A stretch of DNA of 64,000 nt from a virus. Every line of letters starts with the position of its first letter. The stretch's first letter is position 1. The translations under genes were made by a program, and so were the position numbers. Where the stretch lies: positions 32,001 to 96,000 of the IMG/VR virus record IMGVR_UViG_3300008120_000016; one strand, given 5' to 3'. Positions 7,680 to 17,560 of this stretch are shown here, piece after piece. The notes beneath the pieces were generated by a model, which made no database searches, was not told the origin of the DNA, and saw only the letters and a list, made by a program, of their open reading frames with translations.

Positions 7680-8731
7680 GTATTTTAAGCATGGGTATTA
7701 ATCATAGACCCTTTGGTATTAAAACTTATGTGGAAATACTAGAAGAAGGTCTTCAATACATTGAAGATAGACGTTCTGGAAAAATAAAATCATTTATGTT
7801 ACCTTGGTCTGGATTAAACAGAGCAGGTGTAGCTGGATTAGAGTGGGGATCTATGATGACAATAGGAGCTCGTCCTGGTTCTGGTAAAACAATGTTTGTG
7901 TCTCAAATACTAAGAGAATGCAAACTTCTTAATCCAACACAAGATTTTAATATTTTAGAATTTCAATTTGAGATGGGTGCAAAACAAACTGCATCCAGAG
8001 ATTTTGCATCACAAGTAGGACTAGATTATAATCAAGTATTAAGTACTTACAAGCAAGTTGATGATTTTGCTTTAAAACAAATGAAGCAATATCTTGATGA
8101 TACTAAAGCTTTTCAAAAATTTGGTAATCATAGAGTTCAAATTAACAATCCCCTTACCGTAAAGGATATGGAAAAAGCAATTTACACTTGCTATGAAGGT
8201 CTGGGTAAAAAACCATTGATTGTTAGTATTGATCACAGTTGGTTAATTAAAAAAGATATAAACGAAAAGGAAAAAATAGCTACTTTATACAACACTGTTG
8301 AAATGTTGATGAAAGTAAAAAATAATGTTCCTATTATAGTTTTTATGATTTCTCAACTTAATAGAAGTATTGATGAAGCAATTAGAAAAATCCCCGGCAA
8401 TATTGCTAATTATCCTACAAGCAGTGATATATTTGGTGGTGATGCTTTAATGCAAGGCAGTGATATGGTATTAGTATTAACAAGACCTTTTAAAGCTGAT
8501 ATTGAGATATATGGTCGTAAAGAATATCATTGTAAAACTGATGATATATTTGGTCATATTCTTAAATCAAGAAATAGTGCTGATGATACTAACTTAATAT
8601 TTTTAAAAGCTGAGTTTGCAAAACAAAGAATGATTGAAGTTGCCGAACCTGTTGCATCAAACCCTACCGGAAATGCACCACAACGTAGAACAACAAATAG
8701 ATTTAATTCATCAACACAACCAACACCTTAA
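7676..8731 (+). CDS. dnaB: DnaB-like (SF4) replicative helicase
   Basis: H1 IGARPGSGKT, FEM (H1a), IDHS (H2), SQLNRSI (H3), Q.SDMVL (H4) and KSR motifs. Confidence 0.9.
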   Translation: MSILSMGINHRPFGIKTYVEILEEGLQYIEDRRSGKIKSFMLPWSGLNRAGVAGLEWGSMMTIGARPGSGKTMFVSQILRECKLLNPTQDFNILEFQFEMGAKQTASRDFASQVGLDYNQVLSTYKQVDDFALKQMKQYLDDTKAFQKFGNHRVQINNPLTVKDMEKAIYTCYEGLGKKPLIVSIDHSWLIKKDINEKEKIATLYNTVEMLMKVKNNVPIIVFMISQLNRSIDEAIRKIPGNIANYPTSSDIFGGDALMQGSDMVLVLTRPFKADIEIYGRKEYHCKTDDIFGHILKSRNSADDTNLIFLKAEFAKQRMIEVAEPVASNPTGNAPQRRTTNRFNSSTQPTP

Positions 8732-8742
8732 AAATAATATTT

Positions 8743-9303
8743 ATGGCTATAATGCATACAATGGCTGAAGATGAAAAAGCCAATTATAAAGCACAGAAAT
8801 TAAAAGAAGTAAGAGATTATCATTCCGAATTAATTAAAAATTTGGGAATCGGTTACACTGATTTTAATATGAAAACTCAATTTAGAGATCAGTATGGAAG
8901 AATAGTAGTTGGTATTTTTCCTTCAGAATTTAAAAAAATCAAAGGATTTTATTTTGAATTAGTTGATTTTGATCTTATTCCTTCAACATCTGATCGTAGT
9001 GTTTATAGAGTTCCTCCTTCAAGTTCATTTGATGATGAATATGAGTTAAGCTCAAAAGGACAATATCTCGTTCCACTTGAAGAATTAAAAGTAATTAGTT
9101 CAAAGCCTGTTGTTAATAATACAACAACCGCAGAAGATAAAAGCATATTTAAAATTACTCAAAAAGCACAAGAGTCAAATAGTCCAATAAAAGAAGATGC
9201 ACCCTATAGTGATATGACTATTAGAGATTATGTAGCAATACATAAAGGACAACCTGTGAGTAATAAAGAATGGCTTAATCAATTAATTAAACAATTACCT
9301 TAA
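8743..9303 (+). CDS. Hypothetical protein
   Basis: 186-aa ORF in operon context with typical codon use. Confidence 0.7.
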   Translation: MAIMHTMAEDEKANYKAQKLKEVRDYHSELIKNLGIGYTDFNMKTQFRDQYGRIVVGIFPSEFKKIKGFYFELVDFDLIPSTSDRSVYRVPPSSSFDDEYELSSKGQYLVPLEELKVISSKPVVNNTTTAEDKSIFKITQKAQESNSPIKEDAPYSDMTIRDYVAIHKGQPVSNKEWLNQLIKQLP

Positions 9304-9305
9304 AT

Positions 9306-9989
9306 ATGGCACAAGGAATCCTAATCATTGCAGAGTCCGGTACTGGTAAATCAACCAGTATTGAGACGTTAAACCCTCAAGAAACATTTATTATAAATGT
9401 TGCAAACAAACCACTTCCATTCAAAGGATGGAGAAAAAAGTATGTTACATGGAGTAAAGAAAACCCTGGGGGTAATCTTTATGACAAGGCTGGTCCAGAA
9501 AACATTGAAGCATGTTTACGTTACATTAATGAAAAACGACCTGAAATTAAAAACATTGTTGTAGATGATTTTCAGTACATGAGCTCATTTGAATTTTTCG
9601 ATAAGGCAAATGAGAAAGGTTATGAAAAATTTACCCAAATCGGTGCTCATCTAGCTCGTATTGCACGTATGCCAAAAGATATGAGAGAAGATTTGCTTAT
9701 ATTTTTCTTAACACATGCTGAGGAAGCTACTGATTTAGAAGGTAAACGTAAGTATAAGGCAAAAACTATTGGTAAAATGGTTGATGAAAAACTTACATTG
9801 GAAGGATTATTTTCTATAGTTTTGTTTGGCAAAGCTAAGAAAAACAAAGATGGACAAATTCGTTATGTATTTGAAACTCAAACTACGGGTGATAATACAT
9901 GCAAAAGTCCAAAAGGTATGTTTGATAATTTCGAAATACCAAATGATTTGGCTTTTATTGTAAACTCTATAAAAGACTATGAGAATTAA
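9306..9989 (+). CDS. AAA_24 / Sak4-like P-loop ATPase (ssDNA annealing or recombination)
   Basis: AESGTGKST, VVDDFQY, FLTH, KTIGKM, CKSP.GMF pattern; directly upstream of the SSB-like gene. Confidence 0.85.
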   Translation: MAQGILIIAESGTGKSTSIETLNPQETFIINVANKPLPFKGWRKKYVTWSKENPGGNLYDKAGPENIEACLRYINEKRPEIKNIVVDDFQYMSSFEFFDKANEKGYEKFTQIGAHLARIARMPKDMREDLLIFFLTHAEEATDLEGKRKYKAKTIGKMVDEKLTLEGLFSIVLFGKAKKNKDGQIRYVFETQTTGDNTCKSPKGMFDNFEIPNDLAFIVNSIKDYEN

Positions 9990-10024
9990 AAACTCTATTA
10001 TTTAACAAAAAAAAAAACAAAAAC

Positions 10025-10642
10025 ATGTTTAAAACAGAAGGACAAGACATCAAAGGTGGTGGTCTTGAAAAATCTCTACAACCTGGTGTGGTTAAAGCAC
10101 ACATCTATAGTGCAACAGTTAAAACTGCAAGCACTGGTAAAAAAGCTTTAGAATTTGTTTTAGAAGGACCTGCTATTGAAAATTTTGAAGGTTGGGCTAT
10201 TGACAAAAATGATCAAGAAGGACCTAAATTTAAAGGTGCTTCTTCTAGAGTTAGTGCAACTATTTATTCAAACGACTTCAATAGTGATGATGTTAATAAG
10301 AATGAAATTCTTAGCAAAATCATTGTAATTTCTAATGAGCTTGGTTTAAGAAAAGAAATTGATGAATTAGCAAGTGATAAATCTATTACATCAATTGAAC
10401 AATGGGTTGAAAAAGCTGTTAGTATTCTCAAGGATCAAGATCTTTATTGGTTTTTAGCAGGTAAAGAAGATATTTATAATGATAAACTCATTGTAAAGCT
10501 TTCATTACCAAAATACAAATTTTGTTCAGCTGATGAAGCAAAATTGAATAAATTTGATAAAACTAATAAGTATCACTTTAGTCCTTATGCGACTAAACCT
10601 GTATCAAGTTTTGAACCAGCTAATGACGATTTTAGTATGTAA
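10025..10642 (+). CDS. Putative single-stranded DNA-binding protein
   Basis: Beta-rich N-terminal half and acidic/hydrophobic C-terminal tip (EPANDDFSM); lies between the Sak4-like ATPase and primase. Confidence 0.6.
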   Translation: MFKTEGQDIKGGGLEKSLQPGVVKAHIYSATVKTASTGKKALEFVLEGPAIENFEGWAIDKNDQEGPKFKGASSRVSATIYSNDFNSDDVNKNEILSKIIVISNELGLRKEIDELASDKSITSIEQWVEKAVSILKDQDLYWFLAGKEDIYNDKLIVKLSLPKYKFCSADEAKLNKFDKTNKYHFSPYATKPVSSFEPANDDFSM

Positions 10643-10681
10643 TTCCTCTCGGTTTGTCATAGTTTTAGAGTTTAGAAATGC

Positions 10682-10716
10682 AAGAGGCTTGTTTCTACAA
10701 GCCTCTTAATTTTTTT
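10682..10716 (+). terminator. Intrinsic terminator-like hairpin
   Basis: Perfect 11-bp stem AAGAGGCTTGT / ACAAGCCTCTT, loop TTCT, followed by AA and a T7 run. Confidence 0.75.
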
Positions 10717-10728
10717 AATATTTTAGAT

Positions 10729-11712
10729 ATGTTTAAAACAAAAAACCTCGTAAATGATGTTAATGACGTTCCTGTTACATGGATATTTGAACATTTTTGT
10801 AATCTAAAAGAAAAACTTAAAGGTCAAGATGTTAAAATAAAATCTTTATTTAATGAAGAGAAAACACCTAGTATGTGTATTTATACTGATGAGTATAATA
10901 CCTATAGGTATAAAGATTTTTCATCCGGTAAATCAGGTAGTGCTATTAATTTAGTAAAGGATTTACATTCTTACACATATCATCAAGCTTGTAATAAAAT
11001 AGTTGAAATATATAATGATTATATTTTACATAAAGGAAAATATGATGTTGAATTATTTGAACAAGCTTCAAAGTATAAAGTAACTAAATTTACAGTTAGA
11101 CAATGGACTACACAAGATGAATACTATTGGACACAATATAACATTGGTTCAAGATTATTACACGAGCACAATGTCCGGCCTCTTTCTGTTTATTGTATGC
11201 AAAAAGATGATACAGAATTATGTATTAAAGGTTTGTATATATATGGTTATTTAAAAGAAGATGGTACACTTTATAAAATTTATCAGCCTAAAACACTTGA
11301 TAAAAAATTTATTAAAGTTAAATCCTACATACAAGGATTAGAACAATGTAAACCACCTTATAAGAATTTACTAATAACTTCAAGTTTAAAAGATTTGATG
11401 TCTATAAAATCTTTAAAACTTTCAAACATTAATGTTGTTGCCGCAGATTCAGAAAATAGTATGATCGAATCTGCTTATATAGAATCTTGGCAAAATCAAT
11501 ATGAAAACATATTAATTATGTTTGATAATGATGATGCAGGTATTCAGGCAATGGTTAAATACAAAGAAAAATATCCATTTATTAAAGTAGCTTTACTACC
11601 TTTAAGTAAAGATATTTCTGATAGTATAAAAGACCATGGAGTCAAAAAAGTTAAAGAGTATCTTGTGCCAATATTAAACAAGAAAATAAATGAAAAGGAA
11701 GAAAATAGTTAA
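10729..11712 (+). CDS. DNA primase (Toprim)
   Basis: N-terminal EKTPSMCIY...YKDFSSGKSG motif; C-terminal Toprim SSLKD ... SE ... MFDNDDAG ... KDISD. Start placed after the hairpin at ATG 10729. Confidence 0.85.
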   Translation: MFKTKNLVNDVNDVPVTWIFEHFCNLKEKLKGQDVKIKSLFNEEKTPSMCIYTDEYNTYRYKDFSSGKSGSAINLVKDLHSYTYHQACNKIVEIYNDYILHKGKYDVELFEQASKYKVTKFTVRQWTTQDEYYWTQYNIGSRLLHEHNVRPLSVYCMQKDDTELCIKGLYIYGYLKEDGTLYKIYQPKTLDKKFIKVKSYIQGLEQCKPPYKNLLITSSLKDLMSIKSLKLSNINVVAADSENSMIESAYIESWQNQYENILIMFDNDDAGIQAMVKYKEKYPFIKVALLPLSKDISDSIKDHGVKKVKEYLVPILNKKINEKEENS

Positions 11713-12094
11713 TAAACCTAAAAAAGCTACAACACCAAAACCTAGAAATGCAGGCACTATGACAGAGTCAGCTTTTTGGGGGTTTATTAGAAGTGCTTTG
11801 AGACAAAAGTCTAGATGGTGGAAACCCATTACACAATGTAAACAAAAATCTAGAAGACCTTATAGAGGTCCTAACAAAAGACAAAAGTTTGAATATCAGT
11901 GTAATAGTTGTAAAAATTGGTTTCCAGAAAAAAACATCAATGTAGATCATATTGTACCTGCCGGTACACTCAAATGTGCTAACGATCTTCCAGGGTTTGT
12001 AGAAAGGCTATTTTGTGAAGCTGGAGCTTTACAAGTGCTTTGCACAACTTGTCATGATTTAAAAACTAAAAATGAAAAAAATGGCTATCATTGA
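11690..12094 (+). CDS. HNH endonuclease
   Basis: CxxC (CNSC) ... VDHIVP ... LQVLCTTCH Zn-stabilised HNH pattern. Confidence 0.85.
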   Translation: MKRKKIVNKPKKATTPKPRNAGTMTESAFWGFIRSALRQKSRWWKPITQCKQKSRRPYRGPNKRQKFEYQCNSCKNWFPEKNINVDHIVPAGTLKCANDLPGFVERLFCEAGALQVLCTTCHDLKTKNEKNGYH

Positions 12095-12275
12095 AGAAGA
12101 TAAAATTCAATTATATCAAGAATTAATTGATGAAGTAGTAGCTGAAATACATCTTGGTTTACAAGAAAGAGATACAGAAGCTATTGAAGAACTTCTTAGA
12201 TTTTGTCCTACAGAAAATCTGATAGGATATTTACCAGAAAGATATCATAAAAACTTCAAACCTTTATTAAAATGA
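12072..12275 (+). CDS. Small acidic hypothetical protein
   Basis: Operon-coupled ORF, 67 aa. Confidence 0.6.
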   Translation: MKKMAIIEEDKIQLYQELIDEVVAEIHLGLQERDTEAIEELLRFCPTENLIGYLPERYHKNFKPLLK

Positions 12276-12484
12276 ATTCTGAAAAAATAAAAAAACACAA
12301 AGATTTATTAAGTCAAGTTATTGATATTAATAATACTCTTATTGAAATACAGGAAGAAAAATTTAAAATTCTTACTGATTTTTTAGAATATGAAGAAGCT
12401 TTAACAACCGACAAAGCTACAGCAGCAAGAATTAAATCACTTTTAATAAGTATAGGTGTATGGCAGACTTCCACAACACAATAA
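12272..12484 (+). CDS. Small hypothetical protein
   Basis: ATGA-coupled ORF, 70 aa, helical composition. Confidence 0.6.
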   Translation: MNSEKIKKHKDLLSQVIDINNTLIEIQEEKFKILTDFLEYEEALTTDKATAARIKSLLISIGVWQTSTTQ

Positions 12485-12672
12485 TGGGTAAAAAATTCTA
12501 TCAAGCTGATGTTCCTGAGTTTATACATCAATTAAAAAGAATTGCAGATGCACTAGAAAAAGAAAAAAAAGAAGAAGAATTAGGAGATAAGTATAGTGCA
12601 ATAAAATCATTTGTTAAACTACACCCTGATGATAAAGAATTAGGGAAAAAAATTAGAGAAATATGGAGCTAG
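12460..12672 (+). CDS. Small hypothetical phage protein
   Basis: FHNTIMGKKFY...LKRIADALE and PDDKELGKKIR motifs of types I recall from phage hypothetical proteins. Confidence 0.7.
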   Translation: MADFHNTIMGKKFYQADVPEFIHQLKRIADALEKEKKEEELGDKYSAIKSFVKLHPDDKELGKKIREIWS

Positions 12673-13691
12673 AAACAATTATGGAAGAGTCTATTAAAAA
12701 TTTAGAAAATGATTTTTATTCTAAACCTTTTGATTTTTCTTATAGCAGTTTGAATAAACTTATGTGGAATCCACAAGCTTTTTATCAAATGTATGTATTA
12801 GGAAATAGAGAGGAGAAAACTGAATCATATCTTGTTAATGGTAAAGTAATTCACTGTCTTCTTTTAGAACCAGAAAAGTTTGATGAGCAATTTATTGTTT
12901 CACCAAGCGTACTTCCTACAGGAAATACTAAAATAGTAGTAGACTCTGTATTTAGACATGCTGTTGAATTACAATCACAAGGTGATCAAAGAACAGAGTT
13001 TGTAGATTTTACTGATGCTGTGTTAGATGTATTGGTTGATATGAATCTTCATCAAGCACTTAAAACAGATCAACAGCGTATAGATAAAGTTTATACTTCA
13101 GAAGCTATAAATTATTGGAATTTTCTTGTAACTAAAGGAAATAAAACTCTTATTGATCAAGAAACTTATAATTTTTGTAAAACAGCAGTTGATATTGTAA
13201 AAACTGACGATATTATCTGTTCATTAATTGGTTGCAATAAGAACGACTTTGATAATAAAGAAGTGTTTAATGAGATACCACTAAGATCAATTATAAATGA
13301 TAAAAACTTTGGTATTAAGGGTATTATTGACAATTTAGTTATTGATCATGACAAGAAAATTTTGTATATTAATGATATAAAGACAAGCTCAAAAGATCTT
13401 AAAGATTTTTCTGAATCTATCGAATTTTATAATTATTGGTTACAAGCTTCAATTTATATAGCACTTGTTAGTAGTAATTTTATGGCACTAATAGACATGG
13501 GTTATGAACTCAAGTTTCATTTTGTTGTTATAGATAGAAACTATCAAACATATGCTTTTCCATTGACAAATCAAACTAGAGAAGCATGGTTTAAAAAGTT
13601 AACAACAGTGTTAGAGAAAGCAGAATGGCATTATTCAAATAAAAGTTATACATTGCCTTATGAATTTGCTCTACAAACAGTTACACTTTAA
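12663..13691 (+). CDS. PD-(D/E)XK exonuclease (RecB/Cas4-like fold, phage type)
   Basis: FSYSSL ... GKVIHCLL ... E ... KGIIDNL ... NDIKT ... YWLQASIY motifs. Confidence 0.85.
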   Translation: MELETIMEESIKNLENDFYSKPFDFSYSSLNKLMWNPQAFYQMYVLGNREEKTESYLVNGKVIHCLLLEPEKFDEQFIVSPSVLPTGNTKIVVDSVFRHAVELQSQGDQRTEFVDFTDAVLDVLVDMNLHQALKTDQQRIDKVYTSEAINYWNFLVTKGNKTLIDQETYNFCKTAVDIVKTDDIICSLIGCNKNDFDNKEVFNEIPLRSIINDKNFGIKGIIDNLVIDHDKKILYINDIKTSSKDLKDFSESIEFYNYWLQASIYIALVSSNFMALIDMGYELKFHFVVIDRNYQTYAFPLTNQTREAWFKKLTTVLEKAEWHYSNKSYTLPYEFALQTVTL

Positions 13692-13704
13692 ACAAGATAA
13701 TGAA

Positions 13705-14265
13705 ATGATAGATAAACTCTATGGTAAATATTTTCAAAAATCAAGATCATTTTTATTTCCTGCTTTAGGAATTAAAAAGCAGAGTCATATAACTCCTTCT
13801 GGAACCTATTTATGCATAGAAGATAAAATCCGAGTTGAGGATTTGAAATTAATATGTACTTACAGGGATGATGGATCACAGGGATTTAAAACTTTTGAAG
13901 AGCAAATGCTCGTCGGAAATCCACTATTTGTTGAAAAATTTAAAGTGGATGGGTTTAGTATCTATGTGTTTGATTTAGAAATATATTCACAAGATTATAT
14001 CAATTTTTTATTAGGTAAATATTCAAAATTATCAAATCAATTAAAAAAAGCTATTAGATTGTATTATGGTGAAAGTTCACCAGAATATAAATTTATAGAT
14101 AGCTATTTATACCCGGATAAATATTTTGAAGTTTATGCTAAACTTTTAGGAGTTAGCATAAGTACATTGAAAAAAATTGGAGAATTATGTAATCCTGTAG
14201 ATATTGATAAAGAAACATTAAAAATTCCCTTAGAAGAGCTATCTAAATTAAATAAAATGATATAG
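13705..14265 (+). CDS. Hypothetical protein
   Basis: Start at ATG 13705 avoids overlap with the nuclease gene; typical codon use. Confidence 0.7.
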   Translation: MIDKLYGKYFQKSRSFLFPALGIKKQSHITPSGTYLCIEDKIRVEDLKLICTYRDDGSQGFKTFEEQMLVGNPLFVEKFKVDGFSIYVFDLEIYSQDYINFLLGKYSKLSNQLKKAIRLYYGESSPEYKFIDSYLYPDKYFEVYAKLLGVSISTLKKIGELCNPVDIDKETLKIPLEELSKLNKMI

Positions 14266-14285
14266 ATTTGTAAAAAAACCAATCA

Positions 14286-14681
14286 ATGGAAAAAACAATG
14301 TTATTAATTACTTCAAGTTGGGGAAGTAAGAAAACTTTTAAAATGATCCCAGCTAGTTCAAATTCAGTGTATAATGAAGTTATTTTTGATTTAGATAGTA
14401 AAGTTCTTGCTTTAATATCTAAAGAGAAAAAAGACTCATTACATATGCTACCTAAGCTTAATGAATTTGGAGATCCTGAAATTATGAAAATCGGTAAACG
14501 TGCTAATGGTAAAGAATTTAAGGAAGAACGTAAAAACTTAGAAACTTACTATGAATATTATATTGAAGATTTAAATGAGATTAAATATTTTATTGATAAA
14601 GTTGCTATTAATGCTGCTGATTTTAATTTTAATCAATATCTTGAATCTTCTGAAAAAGCACACGTATCATCACTTTTATAA
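14286..14681 (+). CDS. Hypothetical protein
   Basis: 131-aa ORF in the operon, followed by a terminator hairpin. Confidence 0.7.
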   Translation: MEKTMLLITSSWGSKKTFKMIPASSNSVYNEVIFDLDSKVLALISKEKKDSLHMLPKLNEFGDPEIMKIGKRANGKEFKEERKNLETYYEYYIEDLNEIKYFIDKVAINAADFNFNQYLESSEKAHVSSLL

Positions 14682-14698
14682 CCCATCAGCATAGAAGG

Positions 14699-14725
14699 AA
14701 GGCAGACATTTGTCTGCCTTTTTTT
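14699..14725 (+). terminator. Intrinsic terminator-like hairpin
   Basis: AAGGCAGAC-ATTT-GTCTGCCTT followed by a T run. Confidence 0.75.
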
Positions 14726-14766
14726 GTCACATGTCACGGGGAAACAGCTTAACTGAATTATATCAT

Positions 14767-16692
14767 ATGAATGATATACACTACGTAATGGACTATGAAA
14801 CAATTTGTAATTGTTTTATTGCCGTTTTTGAACATTATAAAACTGATGAAAGAAAGGTTTTTGTTATTCATGACTCACGTAATGACTTGCCTGATTTTAT
14901 TAACTTTTTAAATGAAAATAAAAGTAGAAATCAATGGCATATTTCATTTAACGGATTAAGTTTTGATGCACAAATAACACAAAAAATAATTGATAAACAA
15001 AAAGAACTCTTAAAGCTTAATACTCAACAAATTGTAGAGTTTATTTACAATTATGCTCAAAGTGTAATTAGCAAATCAAACAAAAATGAATTCTTAGAAT
15101 ATGCTCCATATAAGCTTAAAATAAAGCAAATTGATCTTTTTAAGCTTAACCACTGGGATAATAAAGCTAAGATGAGTGGTTTAAAATGGATACAATATTC
15201 TATGGATTGGCAGAATGTAGAAGAAATGCCACATCCTCACTTTGAACCTGTGACAGATGTTCACACTTTGAATTCAATAATTAACTATTGTATAAATGAT
15301 GTTAAATCGACCAAACAAGTATTAAGTCTATCAAAAGAACAAATACTTTTAAGAAAAACTTTAACAAATGAATACAATATTGATTTATTTAATGCATCAG
15401 AACCTAGAATATCTAAAGAACTCTTTCTTTATTTCTTAGAAAAGAAAACCGGTATTGAAAAATCTCACTTAAAAACACTTCGGACACCTAGATCACACAT
15501 TGTATTAGCAGATTGCATACTACCTTACGTAAGTTTTCAAACTCCTGAATTTAAAAAAGTCATAGATTATTTTAAATCTAAAATTATTACATCTACTAAA
15601 GATGGGTTTAAATATAGTTTAGATTTTAAAGGAGTTAAAACAGACTATGGTTTAGGTGGTATACATGGTGCAGCATCAGCAGGTGTATATGAAGCTAAGC
15701 CCGGATGGACAATAATGACATCGGACGTTACTAGTTTCTATCCTAATCTAGCTATTAAAAATGGTTTTCACCCAGCTCATCTTCCTCAGAAAGAGTTTTG
15801 TGAGCTGTATGAATGGTTCTTTGAGGAAAGAAAAAAGTATCCTAAAACTGATCCAAAAAACTATGTGTATAAGATTATCCTTAATAGTACATATGGTTTG
15901 ACAGGTGACGAAAATAGTTTCCTATATGACCCCAAGATGACTATGCAGATTACTATTAATGGTCAGCTATTATTATCAAAACTTGCAGAAATGTTAAGTT
16001 TTGCTATTCCAGAAGGTCAGCCTCTTATGCTAAACACGGATGGTTTAGAAATGATGATTCCAAGTGATAAAGTAGAAATATATATGAAAGCATGTGAAGA
16101 GTGGGAAAAACTTACACAACTTTCATTAGAGCATGATCAATATAGCAAAATGATCATACGAGATGTAAATAACTACATGGCTGTAAACACAGCAGGAAAA
16201 GTAAAATGTAAAGGTGCTTTTGAATGGGAAGATTTAGAAAAAAAGAAAGTAGCTATTCTTCATAAGAATAAATCTTTTTTGATTATTCCTAAAGCTATAT
16301 ATGCATTCTTTGTTCATGGTACAAAACCAGAGGATTTCTTAAAAGATAATCAAAATATCTTTGATTATTGTGCCGGTGTAAAAGCTAAAGCTGGTTGGTA
16401 TTTTGAAGAAAGAAAGTTAGAAAATGGCGAATTAGTTATTCAAAAGTTACAAAAAATCATAAGATATTATATTTCTAATAACGGTAGTAAACTAGTAAAA
16501 TGCCATAATGATGGTAGAGAAATACAAGTAGAATCCGGTGAATGGTTACAAACAACAATTAATAAAATTGATGATGTTGATATTAGCAAGTATAATATTA
16601 ATACGAAATATTATTTACAAGAGATTTATAAAGAAATAGAAAACATACAAAACGTTTCTTATAAATCGTTTAAACAATTATCTTTATTTTAA
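14767..16692 (+). CDS. polB: Family B DNA polymerase with 3'-5' exonuclease domain
   Basis: ExoI DYET, ExoII SFNGLSFD, ExoIII YCIND; motif A SDVTSFYPN, motif B YKIILNSTYG, motif C NTDG, KGAF. Confidence 0.93.
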   Translation: MNDIHYVMDYETICNCFIAVFEHYKTDERKVFVIHDSRNDLPDFINFLNENKSRNQWHISFNGLSFDAQITQKIIDKQKELLKLNTQQIVEFIYNYAQSVISKSNKNEFLEYAPYKLKIKQIDLFKLNHWDNKAKMSGLKWIQYSMDWQNVEEMPHPHFEPVTDVHTLNSIINYCINDVKSTKQVLSLSKEQILLRKTLTNEYNIDLFNASEPRISKELFLYFLEKKTGIEKSHLKTLRTPRSHIVLADCILPYVSFQTPEFKKVIDYFKSKIITSTKDGFKYSLDFKGVKTDYGLGGIHGAASAGVYEAKPGWTIMTSDVTSFYPNLAIKNGFHPAHLPQKEFCELYEWFFEERKKYPKTDPKNYVYKIILNSTYGLTGDENSFLYDPKMTMQITINGQLLLSKLAEMLSFAIPEGQPLMLNTDGLEMMIPSDKVEIYMKACEEWEKLTQLSLEHDQYSKMIIRDVNNYMAVNTAGKVKCKGAFEWEDLEKKKVAILHKNKSFLIIPKAIYAFFVHGTKPEDFLKDNQNIFDYCAGVKAKAGWYFEERKLENGELVIQKLQKIIRYYISNNGSKLVKCHNDGREIQVESGEWLQTTINKIDDVDISKYNINTKYYLQEIYKEIENIQNVSYKSFKQLSLF

Positions 16693-16704
16693 AAATCAAC
16701 AACT

Positions 16705-17550
16705 ATGCCTCCTAAAGTTCCTATTTACACAGAACAACAATTAAGACAAGTACCTCTCCCTACACATGGTGGGAGATATGCTGTTGTTCCACACGGGGAT
16801 GTTATAGACGAAGTTAAAAAACAGCTTAATAATGCTGGATTAACAATTAGAGAAGTTATTTATAAAATGACTTCGGACGGACAAGTAGCTCAAGGTATTT
16901 ATTATCTTGAAGAGGCTACAATACAAGAAATGGGTATGATGTTTGCCTGGTCTAATAGTTATAATAAAACTATGAGATTTAAATGTGCAATAGGTGCTCA
17001 TGTATTTGTTTGTGGTAATGGTGTTTTACGTGGAGATATGGGAAATTATTCTCGTAAACATTCTGGTACAGCAAAGCAAGATGTGTTTAATCAAATTCAA
17101 GATCAGATAACAAATGCATTATCTCATTATAATTCATTAATAGCTGATAAGCAATTGTTAGAAAATGTTATTCTTACTCCTAGAGATAAGGGTCAAATAT
17201 TAGGAGAATTATTTGCTAACGATGAGATTCTTACTCTTACTCAAGTAGGTATTGTAAAACGTGAGATAGACAAGCCGTCCCACAATTACAATTCACATTT
17301 GAATTCAGCGTGGACTATGTATAATCACATTACACTAGCCCTAAAAGAATCACATCCATCCACTTATTTAAAAGATCATGAAAGAGTTCATGAATACTTT
17401 GTAAATAAATATGGTCAGTTAGTAACTGCTAAAATTCCTATGGAAGAAGTTGCTGATGTTCAAGGAGAACCAGATTTTGAAGAGCAATCTGTGTTATCTT
17501 TACCTGGATCTGATTTTGATATTGATAAATTAGGTGTGAATTTTATGTAA
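16705..17550 (+). CDS. DUF932-like phage protein with an acidic tail
   Basis: W.NSYNK...AIGAHVFVCGNG and SAWTMYNHIT..LK patterns typical of DUF932-like proteins; tail ends GSDFDIDKLGVNFM. Confidence 0.7.
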   Translation: MPPKVPIYTEQQLRQVPLPTHGGRYAVVPHGDVIDEVKKQLNNAGLTIREVIYKMTSDGQVAQGIYYLEEATIQEMGMMFAWSNSYNKTMRFKCAIGAHVFVCGNGVLRGDMGNYSRKHSGTAKQDVFNQIQDQITNALSHYNSLIADKQLLENVILTPRDKGQILGELFANDEILTLTQVGIVKREIDKPSHNYNSHLNSAWTMYNHITLALKESHPSTYLKDHERVHEYFVNKYGQLVTAKIPMEEVADVQGEPDFEEQSVLSLPGSDFDIDKLGVNFM

Positions 17551-17560
17551 TACTAACTAA

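Noticed and set aside
10678-10728. Primase N-terminal extension from ATG 10678
   Set aside because: Spans the terminator hairpin; ATG 10729 has a typical context.
12663-13691. Cas4 / CRISPR association of the PD-(D/E)XK nuclease
   Set aside because: No repeat-spacer array or other cas gene seen, and the four-Cys Fe-S pattern of Cas4 is not evident; the context is a replication module.
14710-14766. PolB N-terminal extension from the track start
   Set aside because: Lies in a terminator stem and leader; ExoI begins 8 codons after ATG 14767.
7676-16692. Inteins or self-splicing introns in DnaB, primase or PolB
   Set aside because: Conserved motifs are contiguous with normal spacing and there are no large insertions.
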